Below, in pieces: positions 53,322 through 62,909 of a stretch of 64,000 bases of DNA. Source of the DNA: Verrucomicrobiia bacterium (GTDB lineage: Bacteria; Pseudomonadota; Gammaproteobacteria; Nevskiales; Nevskiaceae); NCBI GenBank assembly GCA_035526825.1, contig DATLBT010000012.1:1414-65413 (forward strand). The letters run 5' to 3'. Every line of letters begins with the position of its first letter. Positions within the stretch are counted from its first letter, which is position 1. Both the position numbers and the translations under genes were made by a program. Under the pieces are notes generated by a model. It was not told the origin of the DNA and did no database searches. It saw only the letters and a list, made by a program, of their open reading frames with translations.

Positions 53322-55025
53322 ATGGACGCGCTGGAGGCGATCCAGCTATTCGTCGACCTCGTGGACTGCGAGGATCGTGAATCGGCGAAGGGCCGGCTGG
53401 CGGCGGCGGCGGGCGCCGAGGACTTGCTGGTTTTCCTCGGTGAGCCGGGGACGGATGCGATGCTCCCGGCGCCCGGCTGGCGCAAGACGCTGCCGGGCGG
53501 CGAGGCCTGGCGTGGGTTGCTCGCGCGCGCACGCTTGCCCGGCGTGCACCGGGGCATGGTCCCTTGGGAGCGTGGCAAGCCGGATGTGGAGGCGGTCGGT
53601 TGCGTCGGCGATGGCGTTGGCATCGTATTGATCGGTGGATCGGTATGCGAGGCCGACGCGCAATTGTTGTGCGCGATGGCGCCGCTGTTGAAGGGTGCGT
53701 TCCGCGCACAACAGGCGCTGGCCGCAAGTGCCGGTGAATTGCAGGCGGCGCGCTCCGAAGTGCGCCATGTCTCGACGCTAATGATGGCGCTCGACGAGAC
53801 CCGCGCGCAGCTCGATCGGTCATTGTCCGAGCTCGATCGTCAGGCGCGCTCGCTCGAGCAGGCGCGCCACCGCGCCGAGCAGGCCACGCGTTCGAAGGAC
53901 GAGTTCATGGCGATGCTCGGCCATGAGCTGCGCAATCCGCTCGCGCCGATCAAGACGGCGCTCGACCTGCTGAAGTTTCGTGGCGTCTGGTCGCAGGAAC
54001 ACGAGGTGATGCAGCGCCAGCTCGCCCACATGATCCGGTTGGTGGACGATCTCCTCGACGTCGCGCGCATCGTCGGCGGAAAGCTGTCGCTGCAGCTGGC
54101 GCCGGTCGAAATCGGAGACGTCGTCGCCAGGGCGCTGGAAACGGCCTCGCCGCTGCTGACCCAACGCGCCCAGTCCGTGTGCGTGGACGTGCCGCCCGAC
54201 GGCTTGCTCGTCCACGGCGAAGGGCCGCGGCTGGAGCAGGTATTCGCGAACCTGCTGACCAACGCCTCGAAGTACAGCGATCCGCGTACGCACATCGACC
54301 TCGTCGCCCGTCGCGAAGGCGACTCGGTGCGGATAGAGGTGCGCGACCAGGGCATTGGTATCGATGCCTCACTATTGGAGGACGTGTTCGAGCTATTCAA
54401 CCAGCAAGGCCGCGGGCTCGACCGCGCACAGGGGGGGCTGGGCCTGGGCCTTGCTATCGTGCGCAATCTCGTGGCGTTGCACCAGGGCACGGTTGCGGCC
54501 TACAGCGACGGTCCGGGGCGCGGCAGCCGCTTCGTGGTCACCCTGCCGCTGATGGGCAGCAATCCCGCGCCGGTGACGTCTCCCAACGCGCATGTCGTCT
54601 CGCGATCCGATGGTGCCGGCGGAAGCCGGGCCGCCCGCATCCTGCTGGTCGATGACAATGCTGATGGCCGCGACACGCTCGCCCTGGCGCTGACTGCGCT
54701 GGGCCATGAGGTGCACACCGCCGCCGATGCGTTCGAGGCGCTGAACATCGCGCCCAGCTGCCGCCCAGATGTCGCCGTGCTCGATATCGGCCTGCCGGTG
54801 ATGGACGGCTACGAGCTGGCCAACCGATTGCGCGAATTGGACGGCCGACCGATCCGCATGATCGCAGTCACCGGCTACGGACAGCCGAGCGACAAGGCGC
54901 GGACGCGGGCCGCCGGATTCAGCGCCCACTTCGTCAAGCCCGTAGACCTCGACACGCTGGTGTATGCCGTTGAGCGGCTTGCAGAGGATGAAATGTCCGC
55001 GCTGCCGGCAACTTGGGAGCCGTAG
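53322..55025 (+). CDS. Hybrid sensor histidine kinase (HisKA - HATPase - REC), partner of the FIST protein
   Basis: The ATG lies 2 nt after the FIST stop. H-box FMAMLGHELRNPLAPI, G boxes (DQGIGIDAS; GGLGLGLAIVRNLVALHQG) and receiver (ILLVDDNADGRD ... VAVLDIGLPVMDG). Confidence 0.85.
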   Translation: MDALEAIQLFVDLVDCEDRESAKGRLAAAAGAEDLLVFLGEPGTDAMLPAPGWRKTLPGGEAWRGLLARARLPGVHRGMVPWERGKPDVEAVGCVGDGVGIVLIGGSVCEADAQLLCAMAPLLKGAFRAQQALAASAGELQAARSEVRHVSTLMMALDETRAQLDRSLSELDRQARSLEQARHRAEQATRSKDEFMAMLGHELRNPLAPIKTALDLLKFRGVWSQEHEVMQRQLAHMIRLVDDLLDVARIVGGKLSLQLAPVEIGDVVARALETASPLLTQRAQSVCVDVPPDGLLVHGEGPRLEQVFANLLTNASKYSDPRTHIDLVARREGDSVRIEVRDQGIGIDASLLEDVFELFNQQGRGLDRAQGGLGLGLAIVRNLVALHQGTVAAYSDGPGRGSRFVVTLPLMGSNPAPVTSPNAHVVSRSDGAGGSRAARILLVDDNADGRDTLALALTALGHEVHTAADAFEALNIAPSCRPDVAVLDIGLPVMDGYELANRLRELDGRPIRMIAVTGYGQPSDKARTRAAGFSAHFVKPVDLDTLVYAVERLAEDEMSALPATWEP

Positions 55026-55516
55026 TTGACATGTCAGTGTGGAGTGTGTCGTTTGCGCCGACCGACCCCTGGGGGCTGGACGCGACCGGGCCGTCGAACA
55101 CTGGGTCACTTGGACACACACAATGCGACGGACGAAGGCGGCATTTATCGTCGAGCCAAGAAGCTTGGGGCAGTACGGCTGCGATACCGTCACAGCGCTG
55201 CGTGACCATGAAAAAGTGGACGCTCGCATTTTGCGTGCGAGCGCCCAGAGTGGATGGCGGGGCTTTGATCGACAAGCCCTCGCACTCGTCGTATCGCCCC
55301 TTCCCCACGTCCTGCCACGGATTGCTCCCTTCGCGGACGCGCAGCACGTGCCAGACTTCGATCGGGGCCCTCGGCTGCTAGCGTAGGACGTGCGCGTTGG
55401 GTGGCGCGCGGGGGTGGGGCGTCAAACGTGGTTGGCCCGACTTCCTCCGGAGATCTATGGGTTGCCGCTCCGATTGGGGGAGCACCCATAGCCTTCGAAT
55501 TGCTTGCCCTGGAACG

Positions 55517-55774
55517 CTAGTCCGCCGGGCGTGTCGCAGGCCGCTTGTTCTTGAACGCGTCTTCGGCCTGTTTGAGCAGCTTCTTGCGCTGCGCTGGACT
55601 GGCGTCGGCCCAAAGCAACAACAGCTTCGCGAGCTGCTCGTCTTCGGCGAACAGGAAGGCGGTGGGGACTCCGAGCACCTTGGCGAGGCGCTTGGCCGTC
55701 GTGTGGTGCGGCACGTGCTGGCCCTTCTCGTACTGGTTGATGCGCGGACTGGCCACCAACGGGTCCAAGCCGGC
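55517..55774 (-). pseudogene. 3' remnant of an XRE-family HTH gene (paralogue of 60718..61053)
   Basis: AGLDPLVASPRINQYEKGQHVPHHTTAKRLAKVLGVPTAFLFAEDEQLAKLLLLWADASPAQRKKLLKQAE aligns with the intact XRE protein. The N-terminal HTH half is replaced by IS3 transposase sequence in the same frame. Confidence 0.7.
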
Positions 55775-56400
55775 GCTTTCGTGCGTCGCGTCGCCGAAAA
55801 TGGTCAGGCACTTGATGACCCGGCCGTCCGCGGTGCGGTCGAACACGAAATCCATCGACCACACCTGGATGGGCGCGAGCGGCCGCCCCAGCGGTTGCCG
55901 CTCGCCGAGCAGGACTTTCTTGCGCTTGCGCCGCCGCACCTGCAGCTTCGCCTCCTGGTACAGCCGTTCCACGCGCTAGTAGTTCACGAGCATCCCTGCC
56001 TGCCGCAGCTTGAGGTGGATCATCCCGACGCCGTAGCGCTTGTGCCGATGCGCCAGCGCCTGGATGCGTTCGCGCAGCTCGCCGTTGCCGTCCGGACGCG
56101 GCTGGTACCGGAACGCGCTGGCACTCATGCCCGCGACGGCCAACGCCCGCCGCTCGCTCAATCGCGTCACCAGTGACCGCACCAGCTCCCGACGGGCCGG
56201 TGCGGTCACCACTATTTTCGCAGCGCCTCGCGGGTCACCTCGTTCTCGAGCAGCGACTCGGCCAGCAACTTCTTGAGCCGCGTGTTCTCCGTCTCCAGCT
56301 CACGCAGGCGCTTGGCGTCCGAGACGCTCATGCCGCCGAACTTGGTGCGCCACAGGTAAAAGGCCGCATCGCTGAAGGCGTGCTTGCGGCACAACTCCCT
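55775..56400 (-). mobile_element. IS3-family (IS407-like) remnant: 5'-truncated orfA plus an N-terminal orfB fragment with a nonsense codon
   Basis: OrfA tail: ELCRKHAFSDAAFYLWRTKFGGMSVSDAKRLRELETENTRLKKLLAE. OrfB fragment: RRELVRSLV ... RYGVGMIHLKLRQAGMLVNY-TAG-RVERLYQEAKLQVRRRKRKK ... VWSMDFVFDRTADGRVIKCLTI, which ends before the DDE core. I found no terminal inverted repeats. Confidence 0.7.
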
Positions 56401-56470
56401 GCGGTGCAGCTCCGAGCCCGCCAGTTTCACCGGTTCGATGGACGTACCCTTGTCGCTTCCCGCCGGGGTT
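56401..56470 (-). pseudogene. 5' remnant of a MEDS-gene paralogue
   Basis: SIEPVKLAGSELHR and its DNA (gaaccggtgaaactggcgggctcggagctgcaccgc) match the start of the MEDS gene at 48761 (SAEPVKLAGSALHR; gaaccggtgaaactggcaggctctgcactgcatcgc). The start codon is lost, and the fragment is fused to the IS3 orfA remnant. Confidence 0.55.
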
Positions 56471-56653
56471 GGGAGGAGCAGATGAACGCCGTCGGCGCGT
56501 GAACGCGACGTCAAGTTCATGCGCCAAATCCTGGTAAAGACCATGCGCGGGATACGCGGCGGATGGCGGGTGGCAATTGGTATTGCCGACAAGACACCGA
56601 CTTCGGCACGGCAACTCGCGGAGCGCGGCGTGCCAAAGATGCCTCGATCCGGC

Positions 56654-58264
56654 CTAATGTCGAAAGCAGCTTGCGTCGGCGCGATCGGCCAAGCGGAACT
56701 GCACCACGTGGCGGCCGTCGATGCGCTCACGCGCACCGGCCAGGCAAGGGGCGAAGCTCGCGGGGTCGAGCGGCGCGTCGCCACCGCGCAGCACGAACCC
56801 GCGCATGCGCGCGGCGTCTTCGGCCGGCAAGGCGCGGTCGAAGTACGCGAGCAGGAATGCATTGTCGATGCGAAAGCCAGGCTCGGCCCGCGCGCGGGCC
56901 ACCAGTTCGCGCACGACGTCGTCGAGGCTGCGCTTGCCCTGGGATGCCCGGCTCAGGGCGAGGTCGGCCTGCCACGCGGCGAGGTAGCCGCGCACGTAAG
57001 GGATCTGCTCCGCGTCCGCGTCCGTCCAGAAGCGCTTACCCGCGGTCGCGAGCTCCAGGTCCCGCCGCGGGTTGGCCGCGTGGCGGCGCAGACGGTCGTT
57101 CAGCACCGCCACCGACAGCGACGGCGCCTGCAGTCCGGCACGCGTGAGCAGGCGCATCGTGTAGAACTCGGCGACACCTTCGCTGAACCAGTAGGCCGAA
57201 GCATCGTCGCGCCGCGTCGCCGGGTCGGTGGCCACGCGCAGGGTCAGGCCGTCCCAGTTGTGGAAATACTCGTGCGCGAGGACCCAGCGCAGCTGCTCGC
57301 GGTGCTGTTCGCCGTGAGCCAGGTCCAGCCCGGACCAGGCGAACACCGCGAGCGCGTGGTGGAGCCCGGTGCCGCCGCCGATGTTGATGTCGGGATCGCG
57401 GCGCGCACCGCCGCGCAGGCTCACCAGGTACCAGGGATCCGCGTCGTGGAAGAACCCGCGCTCGGCTGCGACGATCGCGAGCACGTCGTTGTGCAGGTCC
57501 TGTACGCGCACGCCGGGGTCCATCGCGTCGTGCACGATGCCGATGCGGCCGGAAGGCGTGTCACGCACCTGCATCGACACAGCGCCGCCCACGAACAGCG
57601 AGCGGCCGAGCATCGTGCGGGACACGACCGCGCGTTCGACGACGTTGCCCGGCGCGAACGAGGAAGCGAAGTGCGCGGCATCGGCCACCCGCGTGGCGTC
57701 AACCGTCACCGCGACCACATCGGTGGAAGTCCGTCCGGCCGGCAACAACAGCGCGGAGTCGCCGATGAGCTGGAACGAGTCGCCCTGCACGATCGGCCGG
57801 AACTGGTCGAGCGGACCTGCGTCGATGGTCAGCACGCCGCTCGGCACAAGCCGGTAGCTGACGGTCAACGGCGCGCGCGGCGCGTGCCGCAGTGTCCAGC
57901 CAGTGCGGCCACGCTGCGCGGGTAGCGGCTGTCCGTCCAACGCGAAGCGCACGTCCGCGACGAACCGCTGCGCATCGGCAATGCCGCAACAGCCCGGAAC
58001 GCGGAAGGTGGTTTCGCCATCCGCATCGCCGACGACGGCGAGCGTCAATGCCAGGCCGGCGGCCGGCGACAACGCATCGAAGCGGACGCCGACCGAGTCG
58101 GTGGCGACTGGCGCAGGCGTGGGCGCAGGCGACGTTGCGGCCGACACGGGCACGACGACGGCAGCCGCCGCGGGGGGGCGCCCGGGCGCGGGGTCGCTGC
58201 ACGCGCCGGCCACGCCGGCCAGCGCGAGCAGGACGAAACGCGCACAGAGCGCCCCGGGCGTCAT
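56654..58264 (-). CDS. M61-like zinc metallopeptidase lipoprotein
   Basis: Lipoprotein signal (FVLLALAGVAGAC), HExxH motif LAHEYFHNW and downstream WFSEGVAEFY, as in M61 glycyl aminopeptidases. Start taken at the ATG at 58264. Confidence 0.65.
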   Translation of the reverse strand: MTPGALCARFVLLALAGVAGACSDPAPGRPPAAAAVVVPVSAATSPAPTPAPVATDSVGVRFDALSPAAGLALTLAVVGDADGETTFRVPGCCGIADAQRFVADVRFALDGQPLPAQRGRTGWTLRHAPRAPLTVSYRLVPSGVLTIDAGPLDQFRPIVQGDSFQLIGDSALLLPAGRTSTDVVAVTVDATRVADAAHFASSFAPGNVVERAVVSRTMLGRSLFVGGAVSMQVRDTPSGRIGIVHDAMDPGVRVQDLHNDVLAIVAAERGFFHDADPWYLVSLRGGARRDPDINIGGGTGLHHALAVFAWSGLDLAHGEQHREQLRWVLAHEYFHNWDGLTLRVATDPATRRDDASAYWFSEGVAEFYTMRLLTRAGLQAPSLSVAVLNDRLRRHAANPRRDLELATAGKRFWTDADAEQIPYVRGYLAAWQADLALSRASQGKRSLDDVVRELVARARAEPGFRIDNAFLLAYFDRALPAEDAARMRGFVLRGGDAPLDPASFAPCLAGARERIDGRHVVQFRLADRADASCFRH

Positions 58265-58698
58265 GCGGCGACGCACGGCGACACCGGTCCGAGCCGGGAA
58301 CGCCCGTCGAACCGTGGCCCGGCGAATTCGCCGTCGGCGTCGACGGAGGGGAAGAACGGCTGGCACCAGAGGTCGGACCCCAGCGGAGAACCGCCACGAA
58401 GCGGTGGCCCGATTTCGCGAGTGCTGCAGTCGGTCGGAGTTCTGAGATCGCTCATGGAAACGGTGATCGACTGGAGGCGGTAATGCGTTCGTCTCCCGGG
58501 CACGGAAGAGGCTGATACTTGACTTTACCTGTGGGCGTTACTGACCAGCCAGCAGTTCCGACTTCCGGTCGCCCCAACGCGCCGCCGAAGCCCTGTTCAG
58601 CGCAGTCAATCGACTTTTCTAGCAGCATTGTTCGGCGAAGGCGACACGTTGAGCGCGATGCTGCGGTAGTTGGTAGAGACGTCGCAGCGGTCGAAGCG

Positions 58699-59145
58699 TC
58701 AGCGAACGAAGCGAGGATCCACCCAGAAGGGACCTTGGTCGACTTCTGTCAGGTGAGTGGCCGCTTGTCGGTGCGCGGGATTGATGAGGTAGTTGAAAGC
58801 ATGAGGCAACACCGCCGAAGGCAGCTTGACCAGCAACGCGCCCTGACCATCGAGCCAGGCATTGCCAACAGCTTGGCTGGTGGGCTGGTTGGCCTGCCAG
58901 CCACTCGGCAAGGTCGGACTGGGGGAGACTTTTGCGCCCTTGCCGACCTCGACCGCAATTAACCGCAGTGAGGTCGGAATCGTCGCGGCGGTCAAGCGCA
59001 TATGCGCCAGGACCTCCACCATCGCCAATGCCGGATGCTCGGCAACATAGATCACGTGGCGTGGTTTGGTATGCCATCGCCCGTCGACAAACGTGCCGCC
59101 CAGGCCCGACAGCCCCGGGTACTGGGAAATGCGCCACAAGCGCAT
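58699..59145 (-). CDS. RES-domain toxin
   Basis: MRLWRISQYPGLSGLGGTFVDGRWHTKPRHVIYVAEHPALAMVEVLAH is the typical RES N-terminus. Its ATG shares one base with the antitoxin stop (TGATG). Confidence 0.8.
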   Translation of the reverse strand: MRLWRISQYPGLSGLGGTFVDGRWHTKPRHVIYVAEHPALAMVEVLAHMRLTAATIPTSLRLIAVEVGKGAKVSPSPTLPSGWQANQPTSQAVGNAWLDGQGALLVKLPSAVLPHAFNYLINPAHRQAATHLTEVDQGPFWVDPRFVR

Positions 59146-59687
59146 CAGAAGATGCCGTGGGCGGTCTGCAGCATCAAGCCTTCGACCAGGCGCGCACCGG
59201 AATCGGTTTGCGACAACTCCAAGGGAGAGATCGGCTCCGAATCGGGCAGGTAGTTCGTTTGCGCGCGCAACCACGCCGCGGCCGCCTGCGTGTCGCCAAA
59301 CAGCTCCTCGGCCATGGAGGTTATGCGCGCGAGACGCACCAGGCGTTCGGACTCGTCCACCGTGAATTGCTGCTTGTTCTGCATCCGCCGACGCACGGTG
59401 GTTTCCGGGCCGATCAAGCGCACATCGATGTCGATTTCATCGATGAGTCGATCGAGCGCCGTGGAGGGCAGTCCCACTCCAACAATCCTGACCAGATCCC
59501 TCTCGGACTCGATTCGCTCGCCCAGCAAACGCCCCATCCGAGTGTAGAGAGTCAGCTTGCCGACCTTCGGGGCGCGCTTGCCCACATCCGGGATCACTGT
59601 CATCGCTGCCGACTTGGCCAAGGTGGCCCCACGGCGCTTGGCGCCCCCGACCCTTCCCTTTGATCCGGATTTTTCAAGTGTGGCCAT
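59145..59687 (-). CDS. Xre-like antitoxin with a DUF2384 (MbcA/ParS) toxin-binding domain
   Basis: The C-terminus (FGDTQAAAAWLRAQTNYLPDSEPISPLELSQTDSGARLVEGLMLQTAHGIF) matches DUF2384. The start is uncertain; an internal ATG lies at 59603. Confidence 0.75.
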   Translation of the reverse strand: MATLEKSGSKGRVGGAKRRGATLAKSAAMTVIPDVGKRAPKVGKLTLYTRMGRLLGERIESERDLVRIVGVGLPSTALDRLIDEIDIDVRLIGPETTVRRRMQNKQQFTVDESERLVRLARITSMAEELFGDTQAAAAWLRAQTNYLPDSEPISPLELSQTDSGARLVEGLMLQTAHGIF

Positions 59688-59761
59688 GACGCCTCCAATT
59701 GGAGGAAATTATACGCCAATTGGCGGAGGCGGTCAATTGGCGACAGGGCTGGCAGCGTTGC

Positions 59762-60031
59762 TCATTCTCCCAAAATCCGTGTCCAGTCGCGCCGGAAGAA
59801 TCGGTAGGCCAGCGACCAGAACATGACCAGTACGACGAATGCGCCCTTCTCGCTGCGCGCCAGGATCCTCTCGCGAGCCAGCTCGTGCAGCGGTGCCAAC
59901 GCTCCCTCGATCGCGACCTGGCTGGCCATGTGGTGGCCCAGCCACAGCAGCGACACGAACCCCACCAGGCCCAGCACCAGCGCGACGTGCGTCCGCGTCG
60001 ATCGTTCGAATACGAGCATGAACTCCTCCAC
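59762..60031 (-). CDS. Small hypothetical membrane protein
   Basis: Two hydrophobic helices (HVALVLGLVGFVSLLWLG; AFVVLVMFWSLAY). No homology recognised. Confidence 0.35.
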   Translation of the reverse strand: MEEFMLVFERSTRTHVALVLGLVGFVSLLWLGHHMASQVAIEGALAPLHELARERILARSEKGAFVVLVMFWSLAYRFFRRDWTRILGE

Positions 60032-60284
60032 TTTCGCTCTCCTTTGGCACTTCTACCCGACTCTGCCGATGTTGCGTCTCAGAAACTGAGAAGCCCCTTC
60101 AACCCCCGGCTTCGCCTCGCAGCATCGCCACCTGCAGCTCCACGCGCTTGAGTTCGCGCATCAGGCGATTGGCTTTCATGTGGCTGCCCATGTAGCTCTT
60201 GGTCACCACGCTCACCTGACGAGCAGCAGCGCGCCAATGCCCACTTCACCGCCTCGAGCACCTCGGTCGTCGCGCCGCCTGCAA

Positions 60285-60670
60285 ATATCGGGTTCGAAGT
60301 CACGGAAACGGCCGCGATCGCCAACTTCGCATCCGCGGTCCTCATGATCGACGCGCTGCGGGATCTCGGATGCAAGTTCTCGCTAGACGACTTCGGCAGC
60401 GGCAAGTCGTCCTTTGCCTATCTCAAGAAGCTGCGCATCGATTACCTCAAGATCGACGGCGCCTTCGTCCGCGACATCGCCACCAACGACGTTGACGCGG
60501 CCATGGTCGAGGCCATTCACCGCGTTGGCCGGGTGATGGGGCTCGAGACGATCGCGGAATTCGTGGAAAACGACGCCGCCGTTCGGCGTCTTCGGGCCAT
60601 CGGCGTGGACTATGCGCAGGGATACGGCATCCATGTGCCGCAGCCGCTGGCAATCGTGCTGAACGGCTAG
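60285..60670 (+). pseudogene. C-terminal fragment of an EAL-domain gene
   Basis: IGFEVTETAAIANFASAVLMIDALRDLGCKFSLDDFGSGKSSFAYLKKLRIDYLKIDGAFVRDI... aligns with the second half of the EAL domain of 39273..41981. No upstream EAL, GGDEF or sensor part is present. Confidence 0.65.
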
Positions 60671-60717
60671 AGGGCGCGGGGATAGCGCTCGGACTGGTAG
60701 CGCCGCCTCACCCGCAC

Positions 60718-61053
60718 CTACTTTTCCGGGGCCTTCCGGGCCGCCTCAGCTTGCTTGAGGAGTTTCTTGCGCTCACCCGGGCTCATGTCGGCCCAGCACA
60801 ACAGCAGCTTGGCGAGCTGGTCGTCCTCGGCGAACAGGAAGGCCGCCGGCACGCCAAGCACCTTGGCCAGTCGCTTGACTGTCGTGTGGTGCGGCACGTG
60901 CAGGCCCTTCTCGTACTGGTTGATCCTCGGGCTGGCCACGGCCGGATCCAGACCCGCGCGGCGGCCCAATTCGATCTGGGTGATGCCCAGCCGCTCCCGC
61001 GCCTGCACCAGGCGCGTCGCGAAGATCGGGCGTTCCTTGGCGGCTGCGGTCAC
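60718..61053 (-). CDS. XRE-family HTH transcriptional regulator
   Basis: FATRLVQARERLGITQIELGRRAGL ... INQYEKG is a Cro/C1-type HTH. Divergent from 61154..61927. Confidence 0.75.
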   Translation of the reverse strand: MTAAAKERPIFATRLVQARERLGITQIELGRRAGLDPAVASPRINQYEKGLHVPHHTTVKRLAKVLGVPAAFLFAEDDQLAKLLLCWADMSPGERKKLLKQAEAARKAPEK

Positions 61054-61153
61054 TTCCCACCCCTGAGGCTCAGCCGCATAGGGTGTGGAAGTTCGCGTCG
61101 GGGCGATACTAAGTTATTCTTAGAGGCGGAACAATCGCGGCGAATAGCCGGAC

Positions 61154-61927
61154 ATGGCGCCGCAGCCCCCTCCAACCATCGACGATCTCGGCGTTCGCGG
61201 CTCCCTCTACCTGGGCGCGCTGCTGCTGGGCCAGGGCGGCCGCCTTCCTGTCGCCCCGACAATGCGCGCGACGCTGGCCGTCCTGGATCTGCTGAAGGAA
61301 TTCGGCCTGATCGAAGTGCCGTGGCCCGAAGCGCGCTGGCCGGTCCGCCCTGACGCCGAAGAGACACCGATCGAGCAGCTCCAATGGCGTTACGCCTGGG
61401 GTGCCTACTCGCGCGACGCCCTGCCAGAAGCAATCGAGGAGTACTTGCAGTCGGTGCCGCGCGACGACTACGGGCTCGCGTGCCGCCTCAAGCTTTGGGA
61501 GGAACTGGCGTCGGCGGAGGCTGAGTCGTTCTTCGAACATCAGCTGGTCAAGCACCGGTTCCCGGCCGACTGGGCCCGCGATCTGGCCTTCGTCCAGCGC
61601 CAAAGCCCGCAGAACCTTTCCGTCTCGCAATGGCGCTATTGCGTGTGGGCTGCGGTGCGCCACGGCGGTGCCCTGGCTCAACAGCAATACACCCCCGATC
61701 CTGCGGTCTTGCGCGAGGGGATCTTCGTCGAACTTCGTCGGCGCGTGAGCCATGTGGCCGGCGGTCAATGGGGCGCCTGCTCTTTGCCTCCCTTCCAGCG
61801 CCTGCCTCAAAGCGCTCTCGGACGAGTCTTTGTCCGCCACCTCACCGGCCCCGAATTCGATTTCTGGTCGGCGGCTCCGTCGCTCACCGGGCTGCTCTTC
61901 CGCAGGCAGGCGCGACAAGAGCCATAG
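61154..61927 (+). CDS. Hypothetical protein adjacent to the tniB end (partial paralogue at 34402..34689)
   Basis: Protein-like composition, in contrast to the Arg-rich antisense ORF. It is conserved as a second partial copy in the window. No recognisable domain. Confidence 0.55.
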   Translation: MAPQPPPTIDDLGVRGSLYLGALLLGQGGRLPVAPTMRATLAVLDLLKEFGLIEVPWPEARWPVRPDAEETPIEQLQWRYAWGAYSRDALPEAIEEYLQSVPRDDYGLACRLKLWEELASAEAESFFEHQLVKHRFPADWARDLAFVQRQSPQNLSVSQWRYCVWAAVRHGGALAQQQYTPDPAVLREGIFVELRRRVSHVAGGQWGACSLPPFQRLPQSALGRVFVRHLTGPEFDFWSAAPSLTGLLFRRQARQEP

Positions 61928-61961
61928 CCTGGGTCCAACCAGCTTCGGGGATCTCAGCCCG

Positions 61962-62900
61962 CTAGACCGACAGCAGCGCCTCCTGCGACTCGAAGATCAT
62001 GCAATTCGTCTGCTCGATCGACTCATCGACCATCTCCTTCGTGAGTCGGTCGCCAGCCTTCAGTTTCGGGAGCTGCTTGGTGAGGATATGGTTCATGAGT
62101 GTCGTGAAGCCTTGCATGGTCATCCCCGAGCTCTCCGGCAGGCTCATCTCTTGCCGCGCATTGGTGATGCGCTCGTAGATGAGCTGGTCGTCGGACTTGA
62201 GTCGATAGCCCGCCGCCCAAGCCACCGGAGCATAGTGCTCGGTGAAGAACGGCCCATTCAGGGGATGCCGCAGGAGCTGGTCGAAGCACTCCAGCGCATA
62301 GGTGAAATCGTCGAATCCAAGTAGCGGCTGGAACACGTACGTATCAGACATGAATCGGCCCACGATCTGGCGCTTGCCCTCGGCGATGTAGGTCGCCGCC
62401 ACGGTCTCGAGCTCGGGCTGGCCTACCAGGATCCACGCGCACTTGATGTGGTAGACGCGCCACATCTCGTTGTGCACGCCGATCAGCAGCTTGAACAACA
62501 TGTCATCGAGCAGCTGCGCTTCGTCGAGGAAGATCACCACCTTCTTCTGGGCTGAACGCGCACCGGCCGCGACCAGCCGGCCGATGAACAGGCTTCGCCG
62601 ATCTTCGGGGTTACGCTTGGTGGTGGGATGCCCCATCGTGCGCAGCAGGTCGCCCCAGAAAAGGGTCTCGGTAATGATCTTGTGGGGTAGGACTTCCGCG
62701 GAAACCATGCCGACAGAGTCACCGAGCCATTTGCGGAAGTTCTTGATGTAGTAGGCAACCGCCCAGCTCTTGCCGATACGCTGCCTGCCGGGAACCAGCG
62801 CGCCGACCACGTTTGAGCGGATCCAGGTGTTGATGATGTTGACGAACGCCTCCAGCGCATTCGTAGGAATGACGTATCGGTCTTCTTCAACAGGATGCAT
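61962..62900 (-). CDS. tniB: TniB/TnsC-like AAA+ transposition ATPase
   Basis: Walker A GRQRIGKSW and Walker B VVIFLDEAQ. Located directly downstream of the transposase gene. Confidence 0.8.
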   Translation of the reverse strand: MHPVEEDRYVIPTNALEAFVNIINTWIRSNVVGALVPGRQRIGKSWAVAYYIKNFRKWLGDSVGMVSAEVLPHKIITETLFWGDLLRTMGHPTTKRNPEDRRSLFIGRLVAAGARSAQKKVVIFLDEAQLLDDMLFKLLIGVHNEMWRVYHIKCAWILVGQPELETVAATYIAEGKRQIVGRFMSDTYVFQPLLGFDDFTYALECFDQLLRHPLNGPFFTEHYAPVAWAAGYRLKSDDQLIYERITNARQEMSLPESSGMTMQGFTTLMNHILTKQLPKLKAGDRLTKEMVDESIEQTNCMIFESQEALLSV

Positions 62901-62909
62901 GGAGGCCCC

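Noticed and set aside
55025-55516. Several 100-140-aa ORFs on both strands downstream of the last kinase (for example 55039..55386 plus, 54934..55347 minus)
   Set aside because: They have no motifs, they overlap one another, and there are no RBS signals. The region borders the XRE/IS3 scar and is probably degraded DNA.
60079-60285. Short minus-strand reading MGSHMKANRLMRELKRVELQVAMLRGEAGG and the 108-aa ORF 60079..60405
   Set aside because: The fragment is too short and has no recognisable family. The 108-aa ORF is low-complexity. The region is best regarded as junk between a small membrane-protein gene and the EAL remnant.
61109-61918. 269-aa minus-strand ORF in the position where tniQ would follow tniB
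   Set aside because: Its composition is Arg/Gln/Ala-rich, with no Cys/His zinc-ribbon or TniQ-like N-terminus. The plus-strand ORF 61154..61927 looks protein-like and has a conserved partial paralogue at 34402..34689. The minus ORF is therefore treated as its shadow.
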